Source of the DNA: Tubulanus polymorphus
Lineage: Eukaryota; Animalia; Nemertea
Reading direction: 5' to 3'
Assembly (NCBI RefSeq): GCF_964204645.1
Contig: NC_134035.1
Coordinates: 12,494,451-12,558,450 of the forward strand
Length of the DNA: 64,000 nucleotides
The notes under the pieces were generated by a model. It searched no databases. It saw only the letters and a list, made by a program, of their open reading frames with translations, and was not told the DNA's origin. This document shows positions 27,424 through 64,000 of the stretch, one piece after another. Each line of letters starts with the position of its first letter. Position 1 is the stretch's first letter. A program made the translations under genes and the position numbers.

Positions 27424-29607
27424 CTGGACCCGGTTTGTTATTTCGTATAGGTCCTCCTTTCAATAAAGATGCTGTATTGAAAAAAAGTTCATAATTCATT
27501 AATGATTTTAGACGAAGACAAATCTTCACTCAGTTCCACACTGGCTTCTGCGTCAATGCGTTTTGGGCTTGATTCCGGGAATAATCCCAGTGAACATATG
27601 GTAGCTTTTAGAATAATACTTCCATATTGTTCTGTGACGTAAAATGTTTTAGGACTTTACAAAATTCATATGATTCATTCAATAATTCAACTATTCGATT
27701 CTGTGCACACAGCAAACAGTTCGCAAGATTGAAATTCTATGGATTTCTTTTTTCTAAGTCAAATCGTAAATCCGCTTGTCTGTTCTTTACCGCTGATTAA
27801 ATCATCACATTTTCGAGCTCGAAAAATTAACGAGAGTCATTAACATAACACGACTAAGACCGTGCCTTGATTACATGTAATTACCTAATGGACGACACGC
27901 CGTGAGGATTAGTTTTAGAGCATGCGTGAAATTCCGGTGGAAAATACTCTTATCCTGCTGCGTGTGAAATTCAATAGCGCTTAAAAATACACTTAAAAAG
28001 ACCTTCGTGTTTATCAACGTGTAATGCGTTGTTGCGGGTGATCGGCGCTGTTGCGGGTTCAATTGATTCTGCGTAAACAACTCGTTGAAATAATACCCCG
28101 GACTCCGGAGGATTTTATAGAGTATGGACCAGTCGACACGGTCGACACTTTATAAATTGAAAACCCCAGAAATAATGAAGATTAACAACATCAGAAATTA
28201 TCTAAAAAAGTAATTAGGAAAACGAACATAATCTGTGAAGATGAATAAAAGTAGTCTCAGGTTTTAAAAAAGTCATATTACCATTTACAGTCATTTCACT
28301 GTGAGCGTGAAGTGTTCGAAAGCGGGACTGGTAAATTCATTTAACTTCCCCCCTCCGCGAATAGTAGGTTTATTCCTCTAATTTAGAAGGGTAAGGCTAT
28401 ACACCAACCATACCGTTGACTTAGACAAGCCACTTTTCTGAACCTATAACTACGTCACTCAATGCGAGCCAATAAAAACGTCCATTTCTTGAAATAAGAT
28501 AGAACAAGAAAACAGATTGATAAATGTTTCCATCAAATTTGGGTGTAAATGTATTTCAAGAACCGTTATAGAAACCACTCCAACGGTCCCTTAATTGTCG
28601 TATATACTTATCACTGTAACATGAGAGCTGTCTGAAGAACGTCTCTAGTCTACAAAGGATATCTGAACTTTGAGAAGAATAATGTTCAAACATACACTTA
28701 TATCATACTCTGACATCGTGTATATAGAAAATGATTTGGGCGTCATTTGATTTTATTGATAAGCGATTTGGCGGTTATATTTATGTTATGCTGTATCGTG
28801 TCTGCCAATTCTTGATGATCAATATATATATATTGAACTAATAAAATCTATATGTATATCTATTCCTTTCTGTCTTCTCGCCCTCGAACATAGAAAATAG
28901 TACAAATAAACAAGTATAGGTTTTGTTTTGAACATAAGCCGCGTTCGCTACCTTATTTAGAACGTTCTAAATTCAGTTCGTTCCTTAAAATGAACCAAGC
29001 GTTCACACTTGCTAAAAGTCCGTTGCAATCTCGTTAAATTTTAGTGTCTTGGCTAGCTGGACCAGTGATAAAAGCTGATTCAAAAACGCATTTGAACGCA
29101 AAGCATTAATTTTGTCGGTTTCAAATTTGGTCCTTTCCAATTTAGAACTGACTGAGCGTTCGCTCTAGCGAAAGGTTCGTTCCAAGTTGGCCAGTTCCAT
29201 TTTAGTAATGTTTCTAGTAGGGCCGCTGATTTAAAATCGTCTGTGAAGACAAACAAGTTCGGTCTATTCTAAATCGGTCTGGTACGGACCAAATAAGAAC
29301 GGACTGACCTGCGACAGTATTTGTGAACGAAGGCCCGGCCGAGGAGGGGGGGGGGGTGTTCAAGGGTAGCGAACGGCGAACGAACCCACTGAAATTTTCA
29401 AGAGTTTTCAAACAGTGTTAAAAATAACTCGGGTCCATTTCTCTGATGATTTATCCAGGTTCCTTTTTCAATAGGAAAAAAGTGCGTCATTTCACGGTGA
29501 AAAAGCTGTGCCATTTTTTCTTGAAATAGAACTTCCCCTCACAAAAGCTACATGATAAAACCTCTGAACACATATATTTCTACCACCGTTGCATACAATA
29601 TACAGGT

Positions 29608-29658
29608 GATGATGATGATGATGATGACGATGATGATGATGATGATGATGATGATGAT
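29608..29658. repeat. (GAT)n microsatellite ~400 bp upstream of the gene 2 start codon
   Basis: Direct reading. Confidence 0.95.
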
Positions 29659-30059
29659 ATAAAGTATAGTTTGAAATATGGCTGCTAGGTATCGCGTTGT
29701 ATCGGTAGCAGCGGCGGTGGTTGTGGCGGTACTCGGCGCTGCGTTCATACTGCTGAGAACACTCAGGACTACGGTTCCGTTCGAATCGTATCGATTCTGC
29801 CGTCACACGCGCAGTCTGCTCTTGTCATAAAAACTGATCCCGATAATTATCGACATATTAAACTCTTTCAGACAATCTGCGCAACATACATGTATTAAAA
29901 CCGAGTGATATATGCGTCTGTTTTGAAAGGATTTTGCGCGCCTCCGTTCCGTCTGACGTTCTCGCTATCAGTAACTCGGAGGATCCCGATTACGACCAGG
30001 CGGATGTAATACAAACTGCACGTCCGATCATCGTCCGGGGTTTTAAAAAAGCGATCAGA

Positions 30060-63192
<33,133 letters not shown>

Positions 63193-63734
63193 GTGAGTAT
63201 CGATCATAGCAGTTCGACGGATATTTCGGTTTATTCTGAATTCTAAAATCAAACTGCTGCCCGATAGTGACCTAATTTCTAAGGTTCAGAATTGTCGGAG
63301 TAAACGTTTTGAGAATATACGACGACATTCGCAGAAACCTGCTCGTAGCGATCATTCTATCGCGACAACTTGAACCTACGCAAAGAAAATACAAATGAAA
63401 ACGCCGCATTTCACCTAAGATTTCTCCATGCTTTATATACACAAGCCTTAAGCAGTTATTTCTCCTCTAAGCCGAGATAAACAGTGAATAAAACTCGCTA
63501 TCATCGAAATCTACGAATGAAACGAGCAGAACGAACCAACCCACAATGCCGATGATATCTATAATATATTGTTCCGATAGATTCGACATTTATCGGAATC
63601 TTTTCTTCAGACAAACAGTTATCTACATGCTATTTGAAAAAAATAAGAAAAATATGACTTTACTACAGAATGGAATGGTGAGAACGGGGACTAAGAAATG
63701 AAATTGACTTATAATCAATTGTGGAATTGTTCAC

Positions 63735-63912
63735 GAAAGAAGAAAAACCCACATGAAGAAAGAAACTACGATTAGTGTATTGTCGCTTTGACTCAATTCT
63801 GAGCCATTTCAAAAATAATAATCTTTATTTACATTGAAATTATAACATAATATAACACTCGAGTTGAAACTCGAGTAGATTTTTCTTCATCTTGTGGGTT
63901 TTTCTTCTATTG
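63735..63912. repeat. Inverted repeat pair (AAGAAAAACCCACA..TGAAGAAA / TTTCTTCA..TGTGGGTTTTTCTT)
   Basis: ~30-bp imperfect arms whose ends resemble the AAATCCCAC ends of families A and B. Confidence 0.5.
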
Positions 63913-64000
63913 AATTAAACAGTTATTCTTCTCGCATAATTCGTCGTAAAATCTTGCATTATATCGTTTACACTCAGATCAGTTTATCCGCCATTTCCAT

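Overview
AT-rich, intron-containing eukaryotic DNA, most likely from a marine invertebrate (a lophotrochozoan is my guess; it cannot be proven from the sequence). Two tandem, same-strand (+) Cys-loop ligand-gated ion channel genes of the nicotinic acetylcholine receptor alpha9/alpha10-like type can be assembled by hand from splice sites. Gene 1 has coding exons at 11872(or 11793)-12023, 13383-13427, 13997-14106, 14539-15077 and 19060-19541. Gene 2 has exons at 30060-30135, 61146-61336, 62022-62066 and 63083-63192, runs off the window, and has a ~31 kb first intron. Both paralogs lack two canonical agonist-binding aromatics (loop D Trp, loop A Tyr). The non-coding DNA carries microsatellites, minisatellites, MITE-like and tRNA-derived SINE-like repeats. 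The most striking signal is two families of short Penelope-like elements bearing minimal type I hammerhead ribozyme motifs. Dispersed copies are partly palindromic, have a ~35-40 nt unpaired tail and 12-bp target-site duplications. One family also forms a head-to-tail array of 69-nt hammerhead units (38.3-38.76 kb), sense to the receptor pre-mRNA, with a compensatory base-pair change in stem II. Most ORFs in the supplied track are spurious.
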